Of a stretch of DNA of 64,000 nt, positions 28,356 through 38,710 are shown one piece after another (within the stretch, counting starts at the first letter, position 1; each line of letters starts with the position of its first letter). Under the pieces are notes generated by a model. It worked only from the letters and a program-made list of their open reading frames with translations. It did not search any database and was not told the DNA's origin. A program made the translations under genes and the position numbers. Where the stretch lies: the IMG/VR virus record IMGVR_UViG_3300025401_000022, positions 16,309 to 80,308 of that record, one strand, 5' to 3'. This DNA comes from a virus.

Positions 28356-29873
28356 ATGGCCCAATCCGGCTACACACCGATTAGTCTTTACTACAGCGCA
28401 ACGTCTGGCGTAGCGCCGACGTCTGGCAATCTTACCAATGGTGAGTTGGCTATTAACATCACCGACGGTAAGTTATACTTTAAAAATACTAGCGGCGCTG
28501 TAACTTTATTGGCTTCTGCCTCTGGTGCTGCAGCTGCGGGTAACCTATCCGGCGGTACATCAGGCCAGATTCCGTACCAAAGTGCGCCGAACACCACTGT
28601 GTTTATGCCTGCACCAGGGACATCCGGTACTTACCTTGGCTACAATGGTAGTGGTTTTTATTGGTCTACAACAACTGGCGCTTCCGGATACAGTGGCTAC
28701 AGTGGCTTTTCCGGCACAAACGGCATAAATGGTACTTCTGGATTTAGTGGTATTTCAGGATATTCTGGCTTTAACGGCTCTGGTGTTTCTGGTTATAGCG
28801 GCTCCGGTATTTCAGGTTTTAGTGGATACTCTGGCATATCTGGCTATAGCGGCTATAGCGGCTCAAACGGTTTATCAGGATTTTCTGGCTTTAGTGGCTA
28901 CAGCGGTTCCGGTATATCTGGCTACAGTGGTTTTAACGGCGCAACAGGTCCAACAGGCAACTCCGGTTACAGCGGCTACTCTGGCTACAGTGGCCAAGAT
29001 GGTATTTCAGGAACAAACGGTCTATCTGGCTACAGTGGTCGTAGTGGTTTTTCTGGCTACAGCGGTTCTGGTATCTCAGGATATAGTGGATACAGCGGTT
29101 TAGGTTTGTCTGGTTATAGTGGTTACTCTGGAGCTACTGCAGCTTCTGGTTATAGTGGCTACAGTGGCACTAATGGCGCGTCTGGTATTTCTGGCTATAG
29201 TGGCGCTAATGGTGCGTCTGGTATTTCTGGCTATAGTGGCACTAACGGTACTTCTGGTATTTCTGGCTATAGTGGATTTAGCGGATATTCCGGTTCTACA
29301 GCATATACCGCAACCAACTTATCCGGTGGTTATGTGAATGCAACAAGCATTACATATTCCACTACTCTTACTGGTGGTACTGGTATTGTTAACTTAGGTT
29401 CTGGTCAGTTTTACAAAGATTCTAGCGGCAACGTATCTATTGGTTCTACATCAACACCTGCAACACTATATGTAAAAGGTGGTAATTCAAACAACCTATC
29501 TATTGACAATGGTGGTCAGCAATATACCACAGTGTCTTTATACAACAACGGCACTGAAAAAGCGCAGATGTATTGGGACCAAACTAATACACTATTTGTA
29601 TTTGGTACTGACGCTGGTGCTCCTGTAGTATTTAAAGCCGCTACCGTTGAACGTATGCGCATTTCTGCAGCTGGTGGTGTATCAATTGGTACAGCAACAG
29701 ATCCGGGCGTTGGTAATTTATTGGTTAACGGCGCATATAAAACAGTTAACTTTTCTATTTTTGAGTCCGGTGGTAAGCTATATTTTGCCTACCAAGGAAA
29801 TAATATAGCTTCATTAGATTCATCAGGTAACTTTACATCATTAGCTTCAGTAATTGGTGGCGGCACACCTTAA
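28356..29873 (+). CDS. Second tail fibre with (Ser-Gly-X)n tract
   Basis: GELAINITDGKLYF N-terminus; SGY/SGF/SGI tract; ERMRI..GGVSIGT. Confidence 0.8.
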   Translation: MAQSGYTPISLYYSATSGVAPTSGNLTNGELAINITDGKLYFKNTSGAVTLLASASGAAAAGNLSGGTSGQIPYQSAPNTTVFMPAPGTSGTYLGYNGSGFYWSTTTGASGYSGYSGFSGTNGINGTSGFSGISGYSGFNGSGVSGYSGSGISGFSGYSGISGYSGYSGSNGLSGFSGFSGYSGSGISGYSGFNGATGPTGNSGYSGYSGYSGQDGISGTNGLSGYSGRSGFSGYSGSGISGYSGYSGLGLSGYSGYSGATAASGYSGYSGTNGASGISGYSGANGASGISGYSGTNGTSGISGYSGFSGYSGSTAYTATNLSGGYVNATSITYSTTLTGGTGIVNLGSGQFYKDSSGNVSIGSTSTPATLYVKGGNSNNLSIDNGGQQYTTVSLYNNGTEKAQMYWDQTNTLFVFGTDAGAPVVFKAATVERMRISAAGGVSIGTATDPGVGNLLVNGAYKTVNFSIFESGGKLYFAYQGNNIASLDSSGNFTSLASVIGGGTP

Positions 29874-29889
29874 TTTTTAGGAAATATTT

Positions 29890-30534
29890 ATGGCAAATAC
29901 AACAATTAACAGTTCTGGAGTAACCTTTCCAGACGGAACAACTCAAAGCACTTCTGGCGCACCTTTTATTAAAGGTCAAGTTTTTACATCCAATGGAACA
30001 TTTACTATTCCTACTGGAGTTACTGCACTTAAAATTACAGTAGTTGGTGGCGGCGGGGGTAGTGGCGGGGGTGCTAGCACTCCAGGAGGAGGTGGAGGGG
30101 GCGGCGGTGCTGCTGTTGCTTATTTAACTGGTTTAACATCAGGTAATACTTTAGCAGTAACTATTGGTGGCGGTGGCTCTGCTGGTGGAAATGGTAATAA
30201 TGGTAGTGGTGGCGGAAGTTCAACTGTTGCTTCAGGAACACAATCTATTACAACATTAACTGGTAGTGGTGGCGGTGGTGGCGGTGGTTCTAATTCTATT
30301 GGGGTTGGCGGTGGTGGCGGAAGTGGAACTAATGGAACAATAAATGTTGGTGGGGGCGGTGGCAGTTGGAGTGGTGGAAATTCTATATTAGGTGGTGGTG
30401 GTGCATGGGGTGTTAATAATGCAAATGGAAATTCAGGCAAGGCTTATGGCGGTGGCGGTGGTGGTGGTGGTGTTTCTGGATGTGGCAGTAGTGGTGCGGC
30501 TGGTGCTGCTGGTGTTGTAGTGTTTGAATGGTAA
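29890..30534 (+). CDS. Glycine-rich fibre-tip/virion protein
   Basis: FTSNGTFTIPTGVT..VVGGGGG; ends GVVVFEW. Confidence 0.75.
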   Translation: MANTTINSSGVTFPDGTTQSTSGAPFIKGQVFTSNGTFTIPTGVTALKITVVGGGGGSGGGASTPGGGGGGGGAAVAYLTGLTSGNTLAVTIGGGGSAGGNGNNGSGGGSSTVASGTQSITTLTGSGGGGGGGSNSIGVGGGGGSGTNGTINVGGGGGSWSGGNSILGGGGAWGVNNANGNSGKAYGGGGGGGGVSGCGSSGAAGAAGVVVFEW

Positions 30535-30546
30535 TAGGAAAATAAA

Positions 30547-30840
30547 ATGACAACTCAAAACTATTTAGTAGTAGAAAACAATGTAGTCACAAACATTGTT
30601 GTATGGGATGGTAATACACAAGATTGGACACCTCCAGCAGATGCGACAATGCTAATTCAAGACACAACCCCAACAATGGTTTGGAAATTATCTGCTGACA
30701 AATCTACTTTTGTTTTAACAGAACAAATAGGTGCTGGTGCTATTGGATTTACTTGGAATGGTAGTGTATTAACAACTAATGAGCCACAACCAGCACCTCC
30801 AAAAGACCAACCAATAGCTAGTGGAACTACAACTGCATAA
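30547..30840 (+). CDS. Putative fibre assembly chaperone
   Basis: VVTNIVVWDG..AIGFTWNG. Confidence 0.6.
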   Translation: MTTQNYLVVENNVVTNIVVWDGNTQDWTPPADATMLIQDTTPTMVWKLSADKSTFVLTEQIGAGAIGFTWNGSVLTTNEPQPAPPKDQPIASGTTTA

Positions 30841-31121
30841 TGGTTACTCATATAGGAACTGCCCATAGCTTTACTTATGATGGGGCACAATTAAATATTT
30901 ACCATGCAAATAAAGGCGAAGGCTTGCCAAAGCATGAACATATTTATAGTCATGCAACTATGTGCAATAGCGGTTCTTGTTTAGTAAGCCTTGAAGGTCG
31001 TAGCTACACAATCAATAAAAATAGCCAACCTTTAAATCTTCCTGCTGGTGAATGGCACGAAATTGAAGCATTAGAAGATGATACAGTATTTGTAAATGTA
31101 TTTGCAGAAGGAAAGTATTAG
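30840..31121 (+). CDS. Cupin-domain protein
   Basis: LPKHEHIYSH...LPAGEWHEIEALEDD. Confidence 0.75.
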   Translation: MVTHIGTAHSFTYDGAQLNIYHANKGEGLPKHEHIYSHATMCNSGSCLVSLEGRSYTINKNSQPLNLPAGEWHEIEALEDDTVFVNVFAEGKY

Positions 31122-31124
31122 GTC

Positions 31125-31358
31125 ATGGATCTCCAAACACTAATTAACACCGTATTGCCACTAATTTGTGTGGCAATTGGATGGTTCTGCAAAGAACTTT
31201 GGAATGCAGTTCAGGAGCTTAAAGATGACGTCTCCAATTTGCGCAATCACCTTTCGGATAACTATGTTCGCAAAGATGATTTTGCAAGTCGCTGGGATGA
31301 AGTTTTAAAAGCGGTTCATCGTATTGAAGACAAGCTAGACATTCTTCGTGATAAATAA
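31125..31358 (+). CDS. Single-TM coiled-coil protein (holin/antiholin-like)
   Basis: N-terminal TM; YVRKDDF..RIEDKLD. Confidence 0.55.
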   Translation: MDLQTLINTVLPLICVAIGWFCKELWNAVQELKDDVSNLRNHLSDNYVRKDDFASRWDEVLKAVHRIEDKLDILRDK

Positions 31359-31582
31359 TGAACGATATTCTAAAACAGCTGTTGACCGGTAAAGATAACA
31401 CAACCTATGATATTGGCCGAGTTACTTGGCTTATTAGTTTAACAGCCGTTATTGGATTGGCTTTTTACGAGGTGATGCACAACACCGTTAGTATTCGTGA
31501 ACTTGCCGAATCCCTTGGAATTGTCTCAGCTGCAGGTGGTGCCAGTGTGGCAATGAAGTCCAAAACAGAACCCGATCAATAA
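31358..31582 (+). CDS. Putative holin
   Basis: 74 aa with two hydrophobic segments, in the lysis cassette. Confidence 0.55.
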   Translation: MNDILKQLLTGKDNTTYDIGRVTWLISLTAVIGLAFYEVMHNTVSIRELAESLGIVSAAGGASVAMKSKTEPDQ

Positions 31583-31992
31583 TGTTTCCATTACCTATAT
31601 TTACTTATGTCAAAATTGGATTATTTGCTACACTTTTATTTTTGGCTGGCTATACTGGCTTTAGCTTGGAAGCTGCGCGATTCGATCGCTACAAGGCGAG
31701 CCAACAAGCCCTCACCCAAACGCTCCAGGAAGAACACCAAGCCGCCGCAGACCAAATAAGGAAAGATAAAGATGCTCAAATTGCTACCATCAATAACAGC
31801 CTCGCTGATGCTCTTGTGCAGCTGCGCAGCCGTCCCAGTCGCGCCCAAGACGCCGCAAATGGACAAGGTGGAACTGGGCTGTCCCTTTCTGCCGAGGATG
31901 CAACTTTTCTTGAGCGGGACGCTGCCAGAGCCGACGTGCTCCGAAGCGCCCTCTCAGCCTGCTACGCCCAATACGACTCACTAAGTAAATAA
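31582..31992 (+). CDS. Rz-like i-spanin
   Basis: N-terminal TM plus coiled coil; AARAD..LSAC. Confidence 0.75.
   Translation: MFPLPIFTYVKIGLFATLLFLAGYTGFSLEAARFDRYKASQQALTQTLQEEHQAAADQIRKDKDAQIATINNSLADALVQLRSRPSRAQDAANGQGGTGLSLSAEDATFLERDAARADVLRSALSACYAQYDSLSK
31772..31984 (+). CDS. Embedded Rz1-like o-spanin lipoprotein
   Basis: Signal peptide ending LLCSC lipobox, Pro-rich, nested in Rz in another frame. Confidence 0.7.
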   Translation: MLKLLPSITASLMLLCSCAAVPVAPKTPQMDKVELGCPFLPRMQLFLSGTLPEPTCSEAPSQPATPNTTH

Positions 31993-32002
31993 CCCCCAAT
32001 TT

Positions 32003-32012
32003 GCGTATTAGT
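32003..32012 (+). promoter_or_regulatory. Phage promoter motif upstream of endolysin, inside an inverted repeat
   Basis: TTTGCGT...ACGCAAA arms at 32000-32027. Confidence 0.6.
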
Positions 32013-32040
32013 GTAAACTGACGCAAAGTAAGGAGCAAAA

Positions 32041-32562
32041 ATGAATAAGAAGCTATTTTTGGTAGTATGGTTGTTCACGTTGGTTTGGGTAGTTCAAAAC
32101 CTACAGATAACTAAAACAATAGAACGAGACATTGTGGCAATTACAGAATCAACATTCCAGTTTATTACCAACTTTGAGGGTAAACGCAATAAAGCGTACC
32201 GTGACTCCAAGGGCTTATGGACTATTGGCGTTGGTCACCTCATAAAAGCCGATGAAGAGTTCCTAAAGACCATTACCCTGACAGACTACGACGTACAAGA
32301 GCTATTTAAACGCGATTTAAAGTGGTGTGAAGAGGCTGTAGACGAGTCGGTAAGGGTACCCCTTAACCAGAACCAATACGACGCCCTGTACAGCCTGTGC
32401 TTTAATATTGGCGAGACTAACTTTAAAAAATCCGAAGTAGTCCAGCATATTAACAAAAATGACTTAAATGGTGCGGCAAATGCCTTTTTAAACTGGGCAA
32501 ACCCACCAGTATTAAAAACCCGTAGGAAAAAGGAACGGGAGTTGTTTTTAAGGGCGATTTAG
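32041..32562 (+). CDS. GH24 lysozyme endolysin with N-terminal hydrophobic (SAR/signal) segment
   Basis: FEG..AYRD..GLWTIGVGH (E-x8-D-x5-T); LNQNQYDAL.S..FNIG. Confidence 0.9.
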   Translation: MNKKLFLVVWLFTLVWVVQNLQITKTIERDIVAITESTFQFITNFEGKRNKAYRDSKGLWTIGVGHLIKADEEFLKTITLTDYDVQELFKRDLKWCEEAVDESVRVPLNQNQYDALYSLCFNIGETNFKKSEVVQHINKNDLNGAANAFLNWANPPVLKTRRKKERELFLRAI

Positions 32563-32581
32563 CCCTTTTTAGCGTATTAGT
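32552..32581 (+). promoter_or_regulatory. Bipartite promoter GGGCG-N15-GCGTATTAGT
   Basis: GGGCG 32552-56; motif 32572-81. Confidence 0.75.
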
Positions 32582-32628
32582 AGATATAAGGGCTGATCAC
32601 CCGTTTAACCAATAACCTCGAGGAAACC

Positions 32629-33426
32629 ATGGACGATTTCAAAAAACTACCTAAGATGCAGCACTTCAAAGAAGGCGGCTCTGTACAACGCGAAGTAAAG
32701 AACTTCACTAAACGTGACCGTAAGTCCGTGGAAATGGCTGACACAGCCCAAGATAAAAAGATTGTTAAAAAAGCTATTGGTATGCACGATAGCCAACAGC
32801 ACGAAGAAAAGACCGACTTGTCTGGCCTCAAAAAAGGTGGCCGCGCTAAAAAAGAAGCTGGTTCAGTTCGTAAGTATAAAACTGGTGGTAGCGTAACCAA
32901 TGTATACGAAGCCAAAAAATCATCTGGTGACATTGACAATATCAAAAAAGTAAAAGACATCAAGCCAGCTAAAGCAGCTGCCCCATCTAAAGCAGCCACA
33001 AAGCCAAACTTCAAAGGCTCTGACGTAGCTAAAACAAACAAGCTCCCAGCTGGTGACAAAGACTCAATTAAAAAAGTACCTCCAACTGGCGACAAAAAAG
33101 CCGCTGCTAAATCTGGCGCTAAAGGTGGCCCTAATAAATACAAGACTGGTGGCGGCGTTAAGAAAATGGCTGTTGGTGGTCCAGCACTACAAGACCTTAT
33201 GCAAGCCAAAGAACTTGTGCGTTTAAGAAATGCCCGTAAATATTTAAGCCCAGACCAACAAGGTCAATTTGCTGCCGGTGAAATGCAACAAACCCCCGCA
33301 ATGACTGGCTTAGGTCAACAAGCTCCAGCACCAGCTCCAATGCCTCCTGTGCAAGCTCCGGGCGGTACAAGCCCAGCGGGAGCCATTCCAGCACAAAAGC
33401 GCGGTGGTAAAGCAGGTAAGTGCTAA
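32629..33426 (+). CDS. Lys-rich low-complexity protein with repeated xxxGG motifs (putative internal virion protein)
   Basis: FKEGG, LKKGG, YKTGG x2, MAVGG, KRGG. Confidence 0.6.
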   Translation: MDDFKKLPKMQHFKEGGSVQREVKNFTKRDRKSVEMADTAQDKKIVKKAIGMHDSQQHEEKTDLSGLKKGGRAKKEAGSVRKYKTGGSVTNVYEAKKSSGDIDNIKKVKDIKPAKAAAPSKAATKPNFKGSDVAKTNKLPAGDKDSIKKVPPTGDKKAAAKSGAKGGPNKYKTGGGVKKMAVGGPALQDLMQAKELVRLRNARKYLSPDQQGQFAAGEMQQTPAMTGLGQQAPAPAPMPPVQAPGGTSPAGAIPAQKRGGKAGKC

Positions 33427-33427
33427 T

Positions 33428-33595
33428 ATGCCGTACAAATCTGAAAACCAGCGAGCCGCAATGTACGCTGCAGCTGCTGGCAAATCAACCCTTGGTATCC
33501 CTAAAAAGGTTGCCAAGGAGTTTATCAAAGCTGGTCCAGCTTCAAACAAACTACCAAACAAAGTAACTAAGCGAGCCGCTGGCCGCGGAAGGTAA
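33428..33595 (+). CDS. Small basic hypothetical protein
   Basis: [22 protein letters not shown]. Confidence 0.6.
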   Translation: MPYKSENQRAAMYAAAAGKSTLGIPKKVAKEFIKAGPASNKLPNKVTKRAAGRGR

Positions 33596-33596
33596 C

Positions 33597-34667
33597 ATGG
33601 CTTATAGCAACACCACTGGCCAGACAACAATCAATGTCGACCAGTTAATCTCCTACGCGTTCCGTGATGCAGGTAAAACTGCAGAAGAAATTACGCCTGA
33701 GTACATTCAAGCAGGTAAACAGGCTTTATTTTACAATTTACAAAACCTGTCTAACCTTGGTGTTAATCTTTGGCTTTTGGAAAACCAACTGTATGGCGCT
33801 CTTACACAGCAACAACAGCTAGTACTCCCAAAGACTACTATTGACGTTCGTGAGGCTAACTGGGTTTATATCCAGAACATCCAAGCCTCTTCATACCTCC
33901 CAATTGCTAATCCAACATCTCCAGCTGCGTTTGATTTAAGCCCAACGCTATCCACAGTGGCGGATACCACTGGATACGCAAACTACTTTGGTTCTACCTA
34001 CCAGCAGTCACAGAGCGTATATTACGTTGGTTGGAATGCTTACGCACCAAACACAACACAGACCTATAACCTAGCGTTTGAGTACAGTGATGACGGCATA
34101 AACTGGTTCTTAAAAGAACAGTTCCCAGCCATCACAATGAGTGACTACCAGTGGCAGTACTATAATATCTCCACCACTGAACCACATCTCTACTGGCGCT
34201 TGCGTGAGACTGTAGCATCACACTATTCTGTTCGCCAGATTGTGTTCTCTACCAGTCAGCAAGTTATTCCTTTAGCTCGCTTAAACCGCGACGATTACTG
34301 GAATCTCCCAAACAAACAATTCCCATCTGTTCGCTCTTTGCAATATTGGTACGATCGTACAATTGAACCATCAATGTACCTCTGGCCAGTGCCAAATAAC
34401 CCCTATCAAATGTTCCAATTAGTTGTTGAAAAGCAAATGGAAGATGTGGGCTCTTTGACAAATCAAATTTATGTACCAGATCGTTGGATTACTTCAGTAC
34501 AAGCTAGTTTGTCTCACAAGTTGGCGCTACAACTTCCGGGTGTTGAGTTGACTCGCATTCAGTATCTTGAAGCTCAAGCGGACAAATTGTTCATGCAAGC
34601 CTCTAACGAAGAGCGCGACAAGTCACCAATCTATTTTCAACCTAATATAAGCTACTACACAAGATGA
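33597..34667 (+). CDS. Putative head-tail adaptor / tail tubular protein A-like
   Basis: GVNLW, DYWNLPNK, LWPVP; position. Confidence 0.65.
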   Translation: MAYSNTTGQTTINVDQLISYAFRDAGKTAEEITPEYIQAGKQALFYNLQNLSNLGVNLWLLENQLYGALTQQQQLVLPKTTIDVREANWVYIQNIQASSYLPIANPTSPAAFDLSPTLSTVADTTGYANYFGSTYQQSQSVYYVGWNAYAPNTTQTYNLAFEYSDDGINWFLKEQFPAITMSDYQWQYYNISTTEPHLYWRLRETVASHYSVRQIVFSTSQQVIPLARLNRDDYWNLPNKQFPSVRSLQYWYDRTIEPSMYLWPVPNNPYQMFQLVVEKQMEDVGSLTNQIYVPDRWITSVQASLSHKLALQLPGVELTRIQYLEAQADKLFMQASNEERDKSPIYFQPNISYYTR

Positions 34668-35278
34668 GCGTTATAATGACCTACGACTCGCTGGTGTTAA
34701 ACATCCAGCAATATATGGAGCGGAATGATGCTGACTTTGTGGCGCAGATTCCTAATCTAATAGCATTAGCTGAATCGTCTATTGCAGCTGAGCTTAAAAC
34801 TTTTTTACAACTTATTGTTGTGGAAACTAATCTTACCTCTAACGTGGCAGTTTTAAACAAACCATCGCGTTGGCGTAAAACTGTATCCATGAAAATTAAT
34901 GGTCAACCTGTCTTGTTACGTAGTCAGGATTATATCGCTCAGTATCAATCTGAGTCATCTACAAGCCAGCCGTTGTACTACGCAGATTATGACTATAACA
35001 ACTGGAACTTTGCGCCGGTTCCGGATAAGAGCTATCCAGTAGAAATTATCTACTACGCTGAAATACAACCACTAGACGCGTCTAACCAACAAAACTTGTG
35101 GACATCTATTGCACCACAAGCAATGCTTTATGGCGCGCTGTTGCAAGCTCAAGGGTATTTAAAAGCACTAGACAAATTACCTGTCTGGAAACAATACTAC
35201 ACAGACGCAATTGCTGCATTGAAAAAAGAAGACAATTCACGTCGTGTGGATCGCAATACATCGGTTCAGGAACCATAA
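34664..35278 (+). CDS. Putative tail adaptor protein
   Basis: IALAE..FAPVPD..AMLYGALLQA. Confidence 0.65.
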   Translation: MSVIMTYDSLVLNIQQYMERNDADFVAQIPNLIALAESSIAAELKTFLQLIVVETNLTSNVAVLNKPSRWRKTVSMKINGQPVLLRSQDYIAQYQSESSTSQPLYYADYDYNNWNFAPVPDKSYPVEIIYYAEIQPLDASNQQNLWTSIAPQAMLYGALLQAQGYLKALDKLPVWKQYYTDAIAALKKEDNSRRVDRNTSVQEP

Positions 35279-35281
35279 TAA

Positions 35282-36550
35282 ATGACTACTCCAGTTTATA
35301 CCTCACCCTTTACAGGCACCGTTGTAACTCCAACGGATGTATCTTACTATGCGCTGGCTTTTAATTCAAATACACAGCTTTCTTGGCCCAGTACAGTCAA
35401 TGGTAGCGAAATACCCGCAGCTCGCATCATTGATTGCACTCCTAGCACTGGTGGCTTATCTATTGCTCTTCCTGAAGGTGATCAAGGAACGGTAGGCGCC
35501 GACATTCTGTTTCGTAACCTAGGATCTAGCACCTTTACAGTAACAGATTTTCTCGGTGGTAATTCAGTAACTGTCCCCGCTGGTGTGTCTAAGTATTTTT
35601 ACCTCGCCGATAATACTACTGTTGCAGGTACTTGGCACAATGTGACCTTTGGAACTGGCACATCTTCTGCAGATGCAGCCTCCTTGGCTGGAAATGGTCT
35701 AACAACAGTAAATGGTCAACTAGCCACAACACAAAACATTCTTGATGTTTCAGTTGCACCGACATTAACAGACGCCAGTCGTGCAGCAACATACAACTGG
35801 ACAGCTGGTGTTGGCACAATTAATTTGCCAAGCGTATCCACTCTGTCCCGCGGTTGGTTTATTGCATTTAGAAATAGCGGATCCGGAGCACTAACATTTG
35901 CACCTAGTTCTACCCAGCTAATTAATGGTAAAACTACCATTGTTACAAATCCTGGTGATTCTGGTTATATTTTTTACGATTACAGTTCTGGTGGATTTAT
36001 TACCGTTGGTTGGGTAACACCAAACAATGTGGTGTTTACCTCTGCAACTTATGACGTTGATGCAGTTGTTGGTAATACACTTAACTTAGTTTCCAACGCA
36101 CCAATTATTCAAACTTATATAGCTCAGTCTGGAACCCGCACACAGAATTTAGCTGTGACATTCCCAGCGATTACCCAACTATATATTTTGGTTAATAACA
36201 CTAACCAATCTGGTTATGCAGTTACCTTCCAAAACCAAGGTAGTAGCCAAGCTCCTTTAGCTTTGACAACAGGTAATACTTATACCATATTGAGCGACGG
36301 CGAGTTTTTATACATCCTAAATTCTTCTTCCTCAAGCTCATTTAAAGCTATTAACGGAATCGCTGGCGCACCATCATACTCGTTCCTTAACGACAATGCC
36401 ACTGGTATGTACTTACAGGGAACAAGCATTTTAGGACTGGCAGCAAACGGTACTGAGATTATTGACATCAACGCAACAAACTTGTCTGCCCCAGTAGTAA
36501 CAGTAAATGGAAGGCTATACGCAACAACATTTAGTGGCGGAACATTCTAA
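35282..36550 (+). CDS. Virion structural/tail protein
   Basis: Beta-rich S/T/G protein in the tail module. Confidence 0.65.
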   Translation: MTTPVYTSPFTGTVVTPTDVSYYALAFNSNTQLSWPSTVNGSEIPAARIIDCTPSTGGLSIALPEGDQGTVGADILFRNLGSSTFTVTDFLGGNSVTVPAGVSKYFYLADNTTVAGTWHNVTFGTGTSSADAASLAGNGLTTVNGQLATTQNILDVSVAPTLTDASRAATYNWTAGVGTINLPSVSTLSRGWFIAFRNSGSGALTFAPSSTQLINGKTTIVTNPGDSGYIFYDYSSGGFITVGWVTPNNVVFTSATYDVDAVVGNTLNLVSNAPIIQTYIAQSGTRTQNLAVTFPAITQLYILVNNTNQSGYAVTFQNQGSSQAPLALTTGNTYTILSDGEFLYILNSSSSSSFKAINGIAGAPSYSFLNDNATGMYLQGTSILGLAANGTEIIDINATNLSAPVVTVNGRLYATTFSGGTF

Positions 36551-38710
36551 ATGGCGGCTGATAACCAGCAACAAGATACCTCGCAATACACATCAATCTA
36601 CAGCCTAGCAATTCCGGCTGGGATTAAGCGCGACGGTACCCAATTCCAAAACGATCAATACACCGATGGTGTATGGTGCCGTTTCCAACGTGGCGACCCT
36701 AAGAAAATGGGTGGCTATCGTACACTATTTACCAGCAACGTTGGTATCTATCGCGGCTTGGTATCTCAGCCATACAACGGTGTAAACTATATTTTTGCTG
36801 GCACTTATCAAGAGCTAGATGTATTTACATGCGGTATTAACTACGGCACTGGTGCGGGGCCATTTACAGCAAACATTTTGCCGGGTACTGTACCGTTTAC
36901 ACTTGTTTCTCACACTACAAACACCTTTGTGATTGCTGGTGATGTAAGATCTAGTTTCCCCTCTGGAACAACAGTTATTTTTAACCAAACAACTCCAGTA
37001 AATTACACTACCACCGGTACTCCAACTTATACATCACCAAATACCACAATAACGGTTACTACAACAATAACTGGCAGCCCAACAACTGTTTGGTTGAACA
37101 ACACATCGACTTTTACTGAAGATCCTCAAAATGGTCCATATCGTATTACATGGCAGTTTGACGCTCAGTTTAGCCCACAAGGTGGCAACCTAGCGCTATT
37201 TGCTCATCCGGGCTACAACTTAAACGACATTGATAATGGAGTGCCATCTCAAGTTTTAGTTGGAAACGTTGCACCAACAACCGGAAACACTTGGACCTTT
37301 ACTGGCCTGTCTGATAGCGCCGGTGCTAATCCAACATACCAACCAATCAGTGTTGATGGTGGTGTTTGTGTGCTATATCCATTTATTTTTGTGTATGGCT
37401 CACATGGTTATATTGCTAATAATAACGTTAGTAGTACATATCTACAACAGAACTTTTATGATTGGAATGGCCCATTAGCCAACCAAACTAACGTATCATC
37501 TTCTAAGATTGTTAAGGGCATGCCAATGCGCGGCGGTACCAATTCGCCAGCGGGTTTATTCTGGGCAACTGATAGTTTAATTCGTGTTTCATTTAACTCT
37601 TCGGCTTCTAGCACCGCAACTACTAGCCAATTTTGGAACTACGACATTGTTTCCAGCCAAATCTCAATCATGTCTTCCAATGCTATTGTGGAGATGGATG
37701 GCGTTTACTGGTGGATGGGTGTTGATCGCTTTTATGCCTATAATGGTAGCGTACAAGTGGTGCCTAATGATAAGAACGTAAACTGGCTTTTTGACAACAT
37801 CAATTACACACAACGTCAAAAAGTGTGGGCAACTAAAGTACCACGCTACAATGAGATTTGGTTTTTTTATCCTAGGGGCACGGCTACAGAATGTACCGAT
37901 GCTATTATTTATAATACCAAAGATAAGTTATGGTATGACGCTGGTTCAGCTGTTGGTGCGCAACGCTCTTGTGGTTATACTACAGAGATTTTCCCAACAC
38001 CTATTTGGGCTGATTGGAACTACACCCCGTCATTTAGCCAGCCGTATACTGTCATAACGCACCCAGCTAGTTTGCCTGCACCAACAACAGATCAAATGTA
38101 TTTATCTGGCGATGTTACTTCGGTATTTAGTCCTGGTACTATTATTACTTTTGATAAGACAGCAGATTACAATTCCACGTACCAAGTAAGCTCTTCAGTA
38201 TATACCATCAATGGTACTATTGGTGCGCCGGGGGTTACCTTGGTAACGTTTACCGAACAGTCTCCAATTACTGTGGCGCCCGGCACTTTGGTATACCAGC
38301 AGATTGGTGGTTTTACTATTTGGCAACATGAGTACGGCCAAAATGCTGTAGGGTTAAATGGTGAGACTGCGGTGTATTCTAGTATTACTACCAGCGACAT
38401 TGGTTGGCTAACCGGTAACCCAAGTCAAGATGGTTTGGTGGGGGTAAACCGCCGTATGCACTTGCGCCGTGTTGAGCCAAACTTCTTACAGACTGGCACT
38501 ATGTCTATGACTATTTTAGGTCGTAAATTTGCGTCCAGCCCAATGGAAGAAGACTCTGGACCATACTACTTCACTCAAGATACTGGCAAGATTGACCTTC
38601 GTGTCGAGCACCGCTTAATCCGTTTGAAGTTTGAATCCAATGAGATTAACGGCAATTATGAGATGGGTCGTAATCTGATTACCTGCGAATTTGGTGACGA
38701 GCGTCCATGA
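36551..38710 (+). CDS. Tail tubular protein B / nozzle-like protein
   Basis: WCRFQRG.PKKMGG; YWWMG..FYAYNG; NEIWFFYP. Confidence 0.7.
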   Translation: MAADNQQQDTSQYTSIYSLAIPAGIKRDGTQFQNDQYTDGVWCRFQRGDPKKMGGYRTLFTSNVGIYRGLVSQPYNGVNYIFAGTYQELDVFTCGINYGTGAGPFTANILPGTVPFTLVSHTTNTFVIAGDVRSSFPSGTTVIFNQTTPVNYTTTGTPTYTSPNTTITVTTTITGSPTTVWLNNTSTFTEDPQNGPYRITWQFDAQFSPQGGNLALFAHPGYNLNDIDNGVPSQVLVGNVAPTTGNTWTFTGLSDSAGANPTYQPISVDGGVCVLYPFIFVYGSHGYIANNNVSSTYLQQNFYDWNGPLANQTNVSSSKIVKGMPMRGGTNSPAGLFWATDSLIRVSFNSSASSTATTSQFWNYDIVSSQISIMSSNAIVEMDGVYWWMGVDRFYAYNGSVQVVPNDKNVNWLFDNINYTQRQKVWATKVPRYNEIWFFYPRGTATECTDAIIYNTKDKLWYDAGSAVGAQRSCGYTTEIFPTPIWADWNYTPSFSQPYTVITHPASLPAPTTDQMYLSGDVTSVFSPGTIITFDKTADYNSTYQVSSSVYTINGTIGAPGVTLVTFTEQSPITVAPGTLVYQQIGGFTIWQHEYGQNAVGLNGETAVYSSITTSDIGWLTGNPSQDGLVGVNRRMHLRRVEPNFLQTGTMSMTILGRKFASSPMEEDSGPYYFTQDTGKIDLRVEHRLIRLKFESNEINGNYEMGRNLITCEFGDERP

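Noticed and set aside
22451-29337. Alternative-frame hydrophobic ORFs (LAIVV/LDIVA repeats) within the fibre genes
   Set aside because: Shadow translations of the SGX triplet repeat
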